64,000 bases of DNA from a virus (IMGVR_UViG_3300045120_000498:63515-127514), one strand, 5' to 3'; counted from the stretch's first letter, positions 46,930 to 56,903 are shown. A program made the numbers and translations. Notes: generated by a model from the letters alone, not told the origin.

Positions 46930-48327
46930 CTAGTCCCCGACCGGCTGGTACACGTCGTCCGGGGACGGGACACCGGCCGACTCCAGGAGCGCGCGCGTGC
47001 GATCCCCGAGCCGATCCGGCTTCTGATCGCCGGTCGGCGTCTCGCCGTCCGGCTTCGTGGTGCCGGGAACCGCCCGGACGCGGGTCGGATTCAGTTGCGC
47101 CACCAGGTCGCGCCCGCGCGTGACCGACTCGGTGACGGCCTCGGTCAGCACCTCGCTGGCCGTCTTCGTGCGGTTGCCGTCGGCGTCGTAGTCGTCCACC
47201 ACGTCGAGCGCGATGGTGGGGATGCCCTCCACCAGCGCGAACTCGGCGCGCATCGACTCGGCCAGCGCATCCGGCAGCTTCGCCTCCGCGATCAGCGCGT
47301 GCGCCTGATCACGCAGGTCGCGAAGCTCGATCTGGCGGTCGGCGTCAGCGCGGGCCTCGGCGCGGATCATGTCGCGCTCCTCGGCAATGGCCGCCTCGAC
47401 CATGCCCGCCACGCGCTCCTCGACGGCCGCCTCGATGAGGGGCAGGAAGGCTGCGGCGACCTGCGGGTCGCTCAGGGCCTCGGCCAGCGCCTCGGGGGTC
47501 ACGTCCATGTCCTCGTCCTTTCCGGCCGCTTCCTTCACGGCGCTCGCCATCGCTCGCTTCGCCGCCTTCATCGCCATCCCGTGCGGCAGCCCCTTCTTTT
47601 CGTACGCCTTGCACTTGGCCTGAAGCTCGGCGTCCTCGTCAGCGCCGCCGTCCGCCTTGTCCTCGGCGTCGCCGTCGCCCTTCTTGCCCTTCGCCTCAGC
47701 GAGCGCGTCCAGCAGGCCCGGCCGGGTGTTCTCCATGTAGGCCGCGAACTCGTCGTCCTCCAGGGACTCCAGGAACGTCTCGTCGGCGTCGGCCGCGGCG
47801 GCCTCCATCAGTTCCACGACCTTGCCGCCAGCGCCCGCCTCGGTCACCCAGTCCACGGTGCCCTTCTTCTGGATGCCCTCCACGAGCATCACCCGCACGC
47901 CGTCGCGCATGACCGGCTTCACGCCGGTGGCGTTCGAGTTGATCGACGACTCGACCAGGCCCGGGTCGTGCTCGATCATCGACGCCACGAACGGCGTCGG
48001 CTTCGCACGGCCGACGACGGCGCCCTGCCCGAACCGGCCCTCCGCAGGCACGTTCGGGTCCCACCATGACTCCAGGATGCGACCGCCCAGGTCGCGAATC
48101 GAACGGGGCAGACCGCCCGCCGCCCGCCGCGCCTCCGGCGACTGGTGATCGACGTACATCTTCCAGCCCGCGAAGTTGCCCGCGTTCCGCTCCAGCATGT
48201 CGGCTTCGTACAGGTGCCGACCCCTGCCACGGCCAATGCACGGCCGGATCAGGTGGAGAAGAACCGTCCCATCGTCAGCAACGCCTTCGACTAGCTGTGC
48301 CGTCTCGTGCAGCTTCAGTTCGTCCAT
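46930..48327 (-). CDS. Prohead protease-scaffold fusion
   Basis: MYVDH...SSIN...VDWVTEAGAGGKV then acidic coiled coil rich in LxE/A sites. Confidence 0.85.
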   Translation of the reverse strand: MDELKLHETAQLVEGVADDGTVLLHLIRPCIGRGRGRHLYEADMLERNAGNFAGWKMYVDHQSPEARRAAGGLPRSIRDLGGRILESWWDPNVPAEGRFGQGAVVGRAKPTPFVASMIEHDPGLVESSINSNATGVKPVMRDGVRVMLVEGIQKKGTVDWVTEAGAGGKVVELMEAAAADADETFLESLEDDEFAAYMENTRPGLLDALAEAKGKKGDGDAEDKADGGADEDAELQAKCKAYEKKGLPHGMAMKAAKRAMASAVKEAAGKDEDMDVTPEALAEALSDPQVAAAFLPLIEAAVEERVAGMVEAAIAEERDMIRAEARADADRQIELRDLRDQAHALIAEAKLPDALAESMRAEFALVEGIPTIALDVVDDYDADGNRTKTASEVLTEAVTESVTRGRDLVAQLNPTRVRAVPGTTKPDGETPTGDQKPDRLGDRTRALLESAGVPSPDDVYQPVGD

Positions 48328-48426
48328 CACCCGATTCCCACGTTTGGACTGTAGCGGACGTGCTGCCGCCGATACATACCGTGCATCTTCCCGCAATGAC
48401 AGCAGCCTCGCAACACACGCCCCTGG

Positions 48427-49077
48427 CTAGCCAGTCCGGCTGTGCACGGCTGCCACATACTGACCGGCGGTCGTCGTCTTCGGTCGGCCAGCCTTATCCC
48501 AGGCCCTCGCCGCTGCCCAGCCGACGTTGTACGCCGCCAGCGCGAGGTCCCAATCCTTCTTCCCGTTCACCGTCAGCACGCCGTCGTACGCCTCGCGCAT
48601 GTAGTCCGCCTGCCACCGCACGCAGAACGTCACGTCGTACGCCGACGAGTCCGAAACCTCGGGGTGCCAGCGGCCATTGATCTGCGCCGGGCCGCGATCC
48701 TCCATGTTCGCCGACACGCACGCGAAGTCGTCCGCCGACTCCAACTCCAACTGCTGCGCGATCAGCATGTCCGGCGCGTGCACCCGGTTCGCCTCCAGCT
48801 TCGCGCGCTTGCGGATCAGCACCTTGGCCGTCTTCGGTCCGACCACGCCATCGACCTCCAGCGCGTTGCGCTGCTGGAACGTCTTGATCGCCCGGTCGGT
48901 GCCCTGCCCGATGCTCGCAACACCCATCTCCATGCCGCCCTGCGGCACCCCGTTGAAGACCAACTCGAACTTGATCGACAGCACCGCCCAGCCGACCCGC
49001 GAATCGTGCGGCGCCCGCAGCCCGTTCGCGAAGAACACGTCCCACGTCCCGTCCTTGAAGAACGAGTCCTTCTCCAT
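48427..49077 (-). CDS. Endolysin: PG-binding + lytic transglycosylase (SLT-like)
   Basis: AIKTFQ..NALEVDGVVGPKT; LES...RGPAQIN...ALAAYNVG. Confidence 0.8.
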   Translation of the reverse strand: MEKDSFFKDGTWDVFFANGLRAPHDSRVGWAVLSIKFELVFNGVPQGGMEMGVASIGQGTDRAIKTFQQRNALEVDGVVGPKTAKVLIRKRAKLEANRVHAPDMLIAQQLELESADDFACVSANMEDRGPAQINGRWHPEVSDSSAYDVTFCVRWQADYMREAYDGVLTVNGKKDWDLALAAYNVGWAAARAWDKAGRPKTTTAGQYVAAVHSRTG

Positions 49078-49238
49078 CAGCCGAACACCCCCCACATCGT
49101 CTGGAACAGCGACCAGGCCAGCCCGCCGACCAGGCCAAGCACGACCGCCAGCACGAGCACGAGCAGGCACAGCCCAGCCGTGCCGAGAGCCGCCGCCCAG
49201 GCGTTCTGACCGACCGTCCGCTGCGGCTTGACTGCCAC
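49077..49238 (-). CDS. 53-aa membrane protein in lysis cassette (not in ORF track)
   Basis: MAVKPQRTVGQNAWAAALGTAGLCLLVLVLAVVLGLVGGLAWSLFQTMWGVFG. Confidence 0.6.
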   Translation of the reverse strand: MAVKPQRTVGQNAWAAALGTAGLCLLVLVLAVVLGLVGGLAWSLFQTMWGVFG

Positions 49239-50090
49239 CTACCGCTTCGCCCCCTGCATCGCCCACGGCTTGAAGCCAGGACGCACGTCGAGCGGCATGA
49301 TCTTCACGAGCGTCACCGGCCGATACGCGATGTTGACCAGCAGCGGCCCCGGCTCGGAGCCGTGCGACACGACCATCGAGCCGCGCTTCACGACCAGCGC
49401 CTCGTGCCCAATCGGGCGGCCGTAGAACGCCACCGCCATCACCGGCGCCACGTTGTACGACGTGGCCCGGCCCTTGTTCGACTGCGTGCCCGTGTAGCCC
49501 TGCCCGTTGTAGCCCAGCCCGTTCGGATCACGCGCGCCCGAGACGAAGTACCACCACGTCACGCCCGACGAGCAGTCCATGTAGTGCGGGTAGTTCGGCG
49601 GGTACATCTTCCGGTTCACGCCGACCATCCGCAGCCCGCCCTGCGTGTAGTGGATCACCGACCGGTGCCGCACGCACATCAGCGCCGCCGCCACCCCCCG
49701 CTGCGTGACCGAGCCTGACGACAGCAGCAGCCGCTCCTGCGCCCGCAGCTTCTTCGCCACGTCGCCCATCACCTTCGCGCCGACCGCGCCGTACCAGCCG
49801 TAGGCGTGCAGCGCACCGTTCTTGCCCCGGTACGCCTTCGCCAGCCGGTTGTGCGTCGCCCGGTCGATCTGACCCGTGACCGGCAGCTTCATCCGCCGCT
49901 GGAACTCGCGCACGTGCATCGCGAACTTGTGCGTGTAGACCGGCGCGTCGTAGTACCGCGGCACCTTGCCCGTCTTGTTCAACGGCCAGAACCCCGCCCG
50001 CGTCATCGCCCGGCGATCCTGCTGCACGTCGCGGCCGCGCGTCCCCACCTTGCGGGTACGCGGGAACGGCACCTTGACCGCCACCGCCAC
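49239..50090 (-). CDS. Endolysin: PG-binding + NlpC/P60 peptidase
   Basis: VREFQRRMKLPVTGQID; HYTQG...DCSS...GYTGT...GHEAL...SHGS. Confidence 0.85.
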   Translation of the reverse strand: MAVAVKVPFPRTRKVGTRGRDVQQDRRAMTRAGFWPLNKTGKVPRYYDAPVYTHKFAMHVREFQRRMKLPVTGQIDRATHNRLAKAYRGKNGALHAYGWYGAVGAKVMGDVAKKLRAQERLLLSSGSVTQRGVAAALMCVRHRSVIHYTQGGLRMVGVNRKMYPPNYPHYMDCSSGVTWWYFVSGARDPNGLGYNGQGYTGTQSNKGRATSYNVAPVMAVAFYGRPIGHEALVVKRGSMVVSHGSEPGPLLVNIAYRPVTLVKIMPLDVRPGFKPWAMQGAKR

Positions 50091-50092
50091 GG

Positions 50093-50677
50093 CTAACCCC
50101 GCCTGCCCTTGCTCCTCGGGTCGCTCGGCGGCTCGGGCTGGTCCGGTGGCGGCGGCGGCGCCGGTAGCGTAGTCGCGGTCGGCGCGGCCGGATCAGCGTG
50201 CGGCTGCCCGGCCAGGATCGAATCGTCTGCGTCGTCCGGGAAGTCGTCCGGATCGTCCGGCACGAACAGTTCGCCCTCGCCCTCCAGGTCAGCCACGCCG
50301 ATGTTCCCGGCCGCCACGTCCGGCTGCTTCCGTATCCCCATCGCGATGCCGGTCGCCATCACGATCACGCCCTGAATCACCTCGTAGGTCTTCACGTTGA
50401 TCGTGTTCGAGAACGCCGCGATGATCGCCGGGAGCGACGCGATGACCGCCACCCAGAACTCGCTCGTGTGCCAGTAGTCCTTGACATCGGAGTTCTGCTT
50501 CGCCAGGCCCCGCCACAGCGCGTAGCCCGCGCCCGACGCCGCCGTCGCATACACCGCCCACCGGTCAGGCAGTGACCCGGCAATCGCCGTCAGCCACGCC
50601 GCCACGTTCACGACCACGAGCAGCAGGAACTCCAGCGTGCGGAACGTCTTCGGGTTGAAGTTCAACGCGCCCGTCAT
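50093..50677 (-). CDS. Holin-like 4-TM protein with acidic/Pro-rich tail
   Basis: Four hydrophobic helices, internal duplication (KTFRTLEF / DYWHTSEF). Confidence 0.7.
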   Translation of the reverse strand: MTGALNFNPKTFRTLEFLLLVVVNVAAWLTAIAGSLPDRWAVYATAASGAGYALWRGLAKQNSDVKDYWHTSEFWVAVIASLPAIIAAFSNTINVKTYEVIQGVIVMATGIAMGIRKQPDVAAGNIGVADLEGEGELFVPDDPDDFPDDADDSILAGQPHADPAAPTATTLPAPPPPPDQPEPPSDPRSKGRRG

Positions 50678-50810
50678 GTGCCAATCCCCTCGTGAAGCGG
50701 CAGTAACGCTCGGCGTGAGCCTATCACTCCGACCGACGGACGCAGATACAGCAACGCCGCCCGGTGTCTCTCGACGACCAGGCGGCGCTGCGCGGGGGGG
50801 AAGCTCTACG

Positions 50811-51047
50811 TCACGGCGTGGCGAACTCGCATCCGTCGAGGGATGGGTCGGTGTCGCACGGATCGGCAGGAACGTAGTCAGGTGCCGTCACAGCGCGCGG
50901 ACGGCCGAGCATGTCGGTCGTCGCCGTCGGCGCCACGAACGGCGACTTCGGCTCGCCCGCCGTCGCCTTGTGCACGTGGTAGATCACGTTCGCGAGCACG
51001 AACACGACCGCCACCAGCGACAGCAGCGTCTTCGCCTGATCGCTCAT
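50811..51047 (-). CDS. Small membrane-anchored/exported protein
   Basis: N-terminal TM. Confidence 0.6.
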   Translation of the reverse strand: MSDQAKTLLSLVAVVFVLANVIYHVHKATAGEPKSPFVAPTATTDMLGRPRAVTAPDYVPADPCDTDPSLDGCEFATP

Positions 51048-51433
51048 CAGCCACACTCCCGATCCACGATCAGGGACACGGCGCCGGTCACCGCAGCGCC
51101 AGCCGACGGGTCAGTCTCGCAGACCGTCCAGTTCGAGCGGACGACGATCCCGAAGGTGCCGCCGCCGACCTCCACGTAGCCGATCCCGAGCGCGCCCAGC
51201 TTCGCCTCGGCCACGTCCAGCCGACGCCCGATCAGGTTCGGCATCGCCGAAGCGTCCTCGGTCGCGGCCGGAGCCGGAGCCGGAGCCGCCGCCGGAGCCG
51301 GAGCCACGACCGTCACCGTCGCGGGCGCAGCCGCGGCGCCCACCTCGCTCGTGGCACCGCCACAAGCAGCAACCGTACCCACCAGGGCGAGCAGCCCCAG
51401 CATCGAACCAATCATCTTGCGCATCATGCGCAT
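51047..51433 (-). CDS. Lipoprotein with PASTA-like domain
   Basis: Lipobox VAAC; MPNLIG..L..A..KL...NWTVCETDPSAG. Confidence 0.75.
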   Translation of the reverse strand: MRMMRKMIGSMLGLLALVGTVAACGGATSEVGAAAAPATVTVVAPAPAAAPAPAPAATEDASAMPNLIGRRLDVAEAKLGALGIGYVEVGGGTFGIVVRSNWTVCETDPSAGAAVTGAVSLIVDRECG

Positions 51434-51477
51434 CCTTTCCGCGGCCCCTCGGCCGCAATGAACCGGTCAGCCGTCGG

Positions 51478-51648
51478 CTACCGGTATCGCTCCGACGCCA
51501 GCATCACCTTCGTGATCTGCGCGCCCTCACCGGCCACCTCGACCGATGCCTGGTGCACCGAAGGGGTCACCTTCGGCGTGTCGTGCACGTCGAAAAACTT
51601 CTTGTCCTCCGTACCGTCCTTCCGGAAGACGACAACGAATCGCGCCAT
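51478..51648 (-). CDS. 56-aa protein after cassette P7 (not in ORF track)
   Basis: MARFVVVFRKDGTEDKKFFDV...ERYR; GGAAAGGG SD. Confidence 0.65.
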   Translation of the reverse strand: MARFVVVFRKDGTEDKKFFDVHDTPKVTPSVHQASVEVAGEGAQITKVMLASERYR

Positions 51649-51656
51649 GACTTACC

Positions 51657-51718
51657 CTTTCCGCGAGCGATGCTCGCAACGTGTGTATGGCCGGACTATA
51701 CCACACGCCGTGTGTATC
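51657..51718 (-). promoter_or_regulatory. Cassette P7 with second operator-like site
   Basis: GATACACAC-GGC-GTGTG-G-TATAGT; ATACACAC-GTT-GCGAG; hairpin+SD. Confidence 0.8.
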
Positions 51719-53472
51719 TAGCGGCTCGGCCTCCGGTTCGCCTGCCGATGCGCCGCCAGTGCCGCCGCGATCCGCTTGTGCACCCGCCGAAGCTCGCGCA
51801 CCGACTCGCCCATCCGCACCGGGTCCTTCTCGTTCGCGATCCACGGATGCGTGCCGTCCTTCAGCGCCGCCCGCGAGTTCGTCAGGAACCGCGACGCCCG
51901 CTGCCACTGCTCCTCGTCCGCCGTACCGGTCGCGAATGCGTCGATCAGGTCGCGATGGCCGCCCACGTCGAGCATCCCCTGCCGCATCGCGTCCATGTGC
52001 TCACGATCCGGCTGCCGGTGGCGCATCGCCCGCTGCTCGGCCGCCAACTCGCTCCGGGTGAACTTCGGCATCTGCCGATCCTCCGGCACCGGCCCCACCG
52101 GCGACTGGCCCTTCGACTTCGGCCGCGTCGAGCCGTGGATCGCCTGCCACTCGTGCGGCTCGGTGCTCACGCCCATGTCCTCGTTCGCGTGCAGCCGCAC
52201 CGCCTTCGACCAGTCGAACTCCAGGTGCGACGCGCCCGTGTCATGCGCGTGCGCCACGTCCACCGGCACCATCCGCGTGCCCTGCTTCCGTGGACCGACC
52301 TGCCGCCAGGCGACGATCTGCCCCGTGTTGCGAGAGCGCGCGAACCCGGCCGCGCTGTGATGCTCGGGATGCACCTCGCGGTGGGTGATTTCGTACTCCG
52401 GCCCGCGGCCCTGCCCCGGGAAGTGCGCGTTCCCGGTCGCGTGATGGATCACGTACCGGCCGCCCATGCGCGACGGCGCGCCGCCAGCCAGGCTCGTGAT
52501 CGTGTCCGGGTGCGCCGTCGTCTTCCCCGACGCGAACAAGTTGTGCGCGGTCGCCGACGCCGCCCGATGGTGCGCTTGCCGGTCGCGGTTCTCCTGCCGC
52601 GCCCGCTCCAGCCAGTCATCGCCCGACTCTGCGCGAGCACGCGGGATCGTCGGCAGCGCGCCCGTCGGCGCGGCTCGCGCCATCCGCATCGCTTCCGCGC
52701 GCGAGAACGTCCCCGGCTGCCGCTTGTCGTTCACGTCCACGACGTGCTCCCGTGTCCCTTCCAGCCGCTTCACGCGCACGGTCGCGTTGTCGCCGCGGCG
52801 GCGGTACGCCCCGACGAACAACTCCCGGCCGCTGCGCCGGTTCTCCAGGGACGCGAACATATCGACCGAGAGCCTGTCCAGATTCCGCTGGATCGCGCCC
52901 GCGTCAACGAAGTCCTCGCGCCCCGCAGGCTTCGGCCCCGCGGGCTTCGCGCTCGCAATGGGCCTCCCCTGCGGCCGGTCGCGCATCAGCGGCACCCGTT
53001 CGGCTGGCCGCGCCGCCTCGCGCTTCAGCGCCGTGCGCTTGATCGCCACCTCGCGCCGCCGTTCAGCGGCCGACCCGCCGGTCGGCAGGAACTTGCCGGT
53101 GCGAGGCTCCACCGGGTAGCCCCCGATGTGCGGCGTGAACGTCCGCGCCCATCGGCCCTTCCGGTCGTGCGGGTGCAGGATGTTGTAGGCCGCCGACGAC
53201 TCCGACTCCTGGAGCGTGGGACCCAGCATCTTCTCCAGCCCGAGCGCCTTCGCCCGCTGCCGGATGTGCGCCATCGCCGCCGCCCGGTTCTTCGCCCGCC
53301 CGAGCGCCTGAATCGCGTTCTTCAGGTCGCTCGCGTTCCGGATCGGATAGCTGCCGTCCGGGAGCGCGTGGCCCTTCTCGGCCAGCTTCTCGCGCTGCGC
53401 GGTCGAAAACTCCGCCTCCGCCATGTTGGCCGCGACGGCCCGGCGCTGCTGCTCTGATCCCTGCCAGCCCAT
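51718..53472 (-). CDS. Probable head cargo protein (DUF6582-like domain + HPHD tag + unknown domains)
   Basis: ALPDGSYPIRN.SDL.NAI...GR...HI.QRAKALG; LQES...LHPHDRKGRW. Confidence 0.7.
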   Translation of the reverse strand: MGWQGSEQQRRAVAANMAEAEFSTAQREKLAEKGHALPDGSYPIRNASDLKNAIQALGRAKNRAAAMAHIRQRAKALGLEKMLGPTLQESESSAAYNILHPHDRKGRWARTFTPHIGGYPVEPRTGKFLPTGGSAAERRREVAIKRTALKREAARPAERVPLMRDRPQGRPIASAKPAGPKPAGREDFVDAGAIQRNLDRLSVDMFASLENRRSGRELFVGAYRRRGDNATVRVKRLEGTREHVVDVNDKRQPGTFSRAEAMRMARAAPTGALPTIPRARAESGDDWLERARQENRDRQAHHRAASATAHNLFASGKTTAHPDTITSLAGGAPSRMGGRYVIHHATGNAHFPGQGRGPEYEITHREVHPEHHSAAGFARSRNTGQIVAWRQVGPRKQGTRMVPVDVAHAHDTGASHLEFDWSKAVRLHANEDMGVSTEPHEWQAIHGSTRPKSKGQSPVGPVPEDRQMPKFTRSELAAEQRAMRHRQPDREHMDAMRQGMLDVGGHRDLIDAFATGTADEEQWQRASRFLTNSRAALKDGTHPWIANEKDPVRMGESVRELRRVHKRIAAALAAHRQANRRPSR

Positions 53473-53492
53473 CCCAGCCTCCCTACGGCCCA

Positions 53493-54665
53493 TCACTCAC
53501 CGGCTTGATAGGCGTGCACGCCGGTCGGATCGAACAGGTTCCGCTGCACGGCCCGCTGCCGATGATGCCACGCCTCCGACCCCACGTCGGACGACACGAC
53601 CAGCTTCCGGCCGTCCACGATCTTCTCGACCTTCCGCACGCCCGCGTCCTTCCCGTACGTGCGCACCCGCACCGCCCTCAACTTCTGCATCGCCAGCGCC
53701 GCGGTGTCGTGCCGGTCGCGCGCCTCCCGGTCGGTCGCGCGCTTGTCCTTCGCCTCGTCGATCACGGCCTGCAACCGCGCCATCATCCGCGACAGGTCAC
53801 GCGGCTCGATGTCGCCCGACGCGAGCTTGTCCGCCAGCGGCTTGTCCTTGCCGCCCGTCGCCTGCTGGTGCAGTTGCGCCACCTGCTTCAGCAGCGCGTG
53901 ATGTGGCGTGAAGTCCGGCTTCTCCGGACCGATCGGCGCCGCGTGCCCAGCGTGTGGCTCGACGTGCACGCCCAGGCCCTTGATCCACTCGCCGCCGCGG
54001 CCGCGCGGATGCTCCGTCTCGTCGTACGCGCTCGCAACACCGGACGCGACCTTCTTGCCGCCGCGACCGAACAGCCCTTCCTCGATGTCGCGGTAGTCCT
54101 GGAGCGCGGCCGCCGCCAGCGCCATCTCGCCAGTGCCCGGCGTCATCGTCGTGTAGCCACGCGCAATCGCCGCTCGCCGCTTCTTCTCCGCGTCCGACGG
54201 CTCGTTGCTCGAACGCACGACGTGCAGGTGCCGCTCGACCGCCTGCGTGCGCTGCATCGACTGCTTCCACTGCGCCGACAGATCACGGGTCATGCTCAGG
54301 TCCCCCTCGGCCCACGTGTCGCCCCGCAGGAACGGCCGCTGCGTCGTCGCGTCGTGATAGCCGCCCTGCGGCATCCGGATCGCCCACCCGCCGACGCGAC
54401 CGCCGACGGCGTTCAGCCGCACCACCCGGCTCCGCGGCAGCCCCGCCGACACGCTCTCCGCGTGCCACTTGTCCGCGAAGTACGTCGTCCCGCCAACCGT
54501 CTCCGTGCCCGGCGGCCCCACGTTCGGCCCGCCCATGAGTCCCTGATGCCGACCCGGGATGTCCGACAGGTGCGGGAAGGTCGTCTTCCACCGGCCCCTC
54601 CGGTCGTGCGGGTGCAGCCGTTCGTCGTACATCGCCTCGCGCACGCGACCGCTCATGGCCGACAT
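53493..54665 (-). CDS. Probable head cargo protein with two HP tags
   Basis: VREAMYDERLHPHDRRGRW; YDETEHPRGRGGEW. Confidence 0.7.
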   Translation of the reverse strand: MSAMSGRVREAMYDERLHPHDRRGRWKTTFPHLSDIPGRHQGLMGGPNVGPPGTETVGGTTYFADKWHAESVSAGLPRSRVVRLNAVGGRVGGWAIRMPQGGYHDATTQRPFLRGDTWAEGDLSMTRDLSAQWKQSMQRTQAVERHLHVVRSSNEPSDAEKKRRAAIARGYTTMTPGTGEMALAAAALQDYRDIEEGLFGRGGKKVASGVASAYDETEHPRGRGGEWIKGLGVHVEPHAGHAAPIGPEKPDFTPHHALLKQVAQLHQQATGGKDKPLADKLASGDIEPRDLSRMMARLQAVIDEAKDKRATDREARDRHDTAALAMQKLRAVRVRTYGKDAGVRKVEKIVDGRKLVVSSDVGSEAWHHRQRAVQRNLFDPTGVHAYQAGE

Positions 54666-54732
54666 GCTACAGCGCGCATACGCAAAGCGCCCGGCTGGCA
54701 TGTGCCAACCGGGCGCTCACTGTCGGATGCTG

Positions 54733-55212
54733 TCAGTCGCAGCCGGGCGGCCCCACCGGGCGCCACCCGTCGGACTTGCGCGCGTCCGGGCGGAAGGTGC
54801 GCACCCAGACGTTGCCGCTCATCCCGCGGCCGTTGCCGTCCAGCATGACCACCGCCGGAGCAACCTCGCGCTCCTCGACCTCGCGGTAACCGCGCTTCGC
54901 CAGCGTGGACTCGCGCGCCGGGCGCACCGGCAACCACTGGTCAGTGGAGTCCAGGCGCCACTTCCAGCCGTAGCGCGTCTGCACCTCGCGCGCGTCCGTC
55001 TCGGTGCCGTCCAGGCGCACCAGGCGCGTCCGCGTGAACGTCCACATGCCGCCCGCGTCCGCCACCTCCGCCGCGATCCGGTCGCGCTGCGCGCAGACCC
55101 CGTTCGCCCACTGCGACAGGAACCCGTCGGTGTCGCACCGCTCGAAGCTCTCCGCCGCGCGCGTCTCCGCCTCGTTCGCCCGAGCGCGAAGCTCGTTGCC
55201 GGTCATCGTCAT
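54733..55212 (-). CDS. Hypothetical phage protein after cassette P8
   Basis: AESFERCDTDGFLSQWA motif; SD-led. Confidence 0.7.
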   Translation of the reverse strand: MTMTGNELRARANEAETRAAESFERCDTDGFLSQWANGVCAQRDRIAAEVADAGGMWTFTRTRLVRLDGTETDAREVQTRYGWKWRLDSTDQWLPVRPARESTLAKRGYREVEEREVAPAVVMLDGNGRGMSGNVWVRTFRPDARKSDGWRPVGPPGCD

Positions 55213-55224
55213 CTCCGAAACCTG

Positions 55225-55287
55225 CCTTTCCGCGGGGCCTCTCCCCGCACCCGCAGTGTAGCAGGTATCGCACACGTTGTGTGTATC
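55225..55287 (-). promoter_or_regulatory. Cassette P8 (9-nt insert between operator and -10)
   Basis: GATACACAC-AAC-GTGTG-CGATACCTG-C-TACACT; hairpin+SD. Confidence 0.75.
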
Positions 55288-55486
55288 AACCGTCGCCGAA
55301 CAGCCACCTCTCGTAACGATCCGCCGCACGGTCGCTCTCGTCGTCATCCGGGCCGTCGTCGTACTCGGCCTCCGCGATCCGCGGGTCCTCGTGATCGTCG
55401 TCGTCCGGCGCGTAGCGGTCATCGTCCATCGCCCGCATCATCCGGCTGTGCTCGTGCGCCGCGTCCTCGTCCCAGTTCAGAGGCAT
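55286..55486 (-). CDS. Very acidic 66-aa protein
   Basis: 25 of 66 residues Asp/Glu (hand count). Confidence 0.6.
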   Translation of the reverse strand: MPLNWDEDAAHEHSRMMRAMDDDRYAPDDDDHEDPRIAEAEYDDGPDDDESDRAADRYERWLFGDG

Positions 55487-55497
55487 CGCTGCCCTCC

Positions 55498-55848
55498 CTA
55501 GTTCCTGATCGTCGTCGTGATCGCCTTCCGGCCGTCCGCGTACCGCGTCTCGACCGTGATGATGTTCCGGTCGTTCGTCATCCACTGGCTCGTCCACAGG
55601 TCGCCCACCTCGATGCCGAACTGCGCCGCCGCGGACTGGTAGTCGAAATGCGACGACGTGAGCGGCGTGTGCGCGCCCTTCGCCTGCTGCTCGCGCACGT
55701 ACGCCACGTGCCGCTCCACGCAGTCGCGACACAGCCGTCGCCGGATCGACCGATTCCCGCGCCGGTAGTTGCCGCCCGCGTTGCCGAACACCTGCACCGT
55801 CTCGTCCTTCGGCCGCGAGCGACCGCAGTTCCCGCATCGTCCCGTCAT
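55498..55848 (-). CDS. Zinc-finger-like hypothetical protein
   Basis: CGNC...CRDC. Confidence 0.6.
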   Translation of the reverse strand: MTGRCGNCGRSRPKDETVQVFGNAGGNYRRGNRSIRRRLCRDCVERHVAYVREQQAKGAHTPLTSSHFDYQSAAAQFGIEVGDLWTSQWMTNDRNIITVETRYADGRKAITTTIRN

Positions 55849-56081
55849 CGCGGCTTCCCCAGCGAGGCGAGCAGAGCCGCGTGCGCCGCCTTCTCCTCGT
55901 CCGTCGTCTCGCGGACGAACAACTCCAGCGGGGAGCCATCGTGCATCGACTCCGTGCGCAGACCCTCGCCCGGCCGCAGCGCGTACTGCTTGCCGCACGC
56001 CATCGCGACGCGACGCGCGAACAGTTCCGGCGTCACTTCCTCGTCCAGCAGGAACGTGATAGTCACCTCGAACTTTTCCAT
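55845..56081 (-). CDS. Small hypothetical protein
   Basis: SD GAGGGAGG. Confidence 0.65.
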   Translation of the reverse strand: MEKFEVTITFLLDEEVTPELFARRVAMACGKQYALRPGEGLRTESMHDGSPLELFVRETTDEEKAAHAALLASLGKPR

Positions 56082-56129
56082 CGTGCCCTCCCTCTGGGGC
56101 CGCGCCCGTGGGCGCGGCCCCGTTGTCGT

Positions 56130-56891
56130 TTACTGCCGAGCCGTCTCCATCTCAGCGACCACCTCGTCGGTCACCTGCGGCGCGTCGTGGTAGAAGCCGC
56201 CCCTCAGCAGCGCCGCCTCGACGCCGCGGTAGGTGCCGGTGAAGTTGCCGTGGCGGAGCAGCGCCGCCGCCCACCCGGCCTCCTTCTCCGCCAGGTCAGC
56301 CGCGCTCGTGAGGTACTGGGCCGGGTCGATCACCGTGACGTTCCCGGCCGCCAGGAAGACCTTCGAGCCGTCCTCCAGCGCCATCCCGATCCGGCGCTTG
56401 GTCGCGCCGCCGTTCCCGTACCGCGGGATCGAATACTGGTCGTCGCCCAGCCAGCAGATCGTGCCCTCCGTGCCGACCGGCACCTTGCGGCCCTTCGTGA
56501 CACGGACGCGCTTTCCGACGGCCACGTCGAGCGCAGCGGCCACGTCCTCGCGGCGGTAGCGGCGGATGCCGTCCGCGGCCAGCCACTCCGCGGCCAGCGC
56601 CTTCACCTCGTCGGTCGCATCGACCGTCGCGCCGTTGTAGTACGTCCAGCCGCGGGTCGTGGCGTACTCGACGGTCGTGACCGCCTCGCCCGTCCACACC
56701 ACCGCGAGGAAGTCGGAGTCGTGGTAGCCGTTGCGCTCGAACTTCCCGAGCACCGCGCCCTCATACTCGACCAGGAACACGTCCTCCTCGGTCGCGTTCG
56801 CCAGGCCAGCCTCGCACTCCACGAGGCGCGCCCCAGCCGCCACACGAGCGTCGGTGCGCTCGCCGCGGCGGGTGAAAGTCGTAATCGCCAT
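56130..56891 (-). CDS. Conserved phage hypothetical with SH3-like KGRKVP domain, after cassette P9
   Basis: GYHDSDF..VVW...YATTR...VDAT; KGRKVPVGTEG..W.G. Confidence 0.7.
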   Translation of the reverse strand: MAITTFTRRGERTDARVAAGARLVECEAGLANATEEDVFLVEYEGAVLGKFERNGYHDSDFLAVVWTGEAVTTVEYATTRGWTYYNGATVDATDEVKALAAEWLAADGIRRYRREDVAAALDVAVGKRVRVTKGRKVPVGTEGTICWLGDDQYSIPRYGNGGATKRRIGMALEDGSKVFLAAGNVTVIDPAQYLTSAADLAEKEAGWAAALLRHGNFTGTYRGVEAALLRGGFYHDAPQVTDEVVAEMETARQ

Positions 56892-56903
56892 CTCCGGCAC
56901 CTA

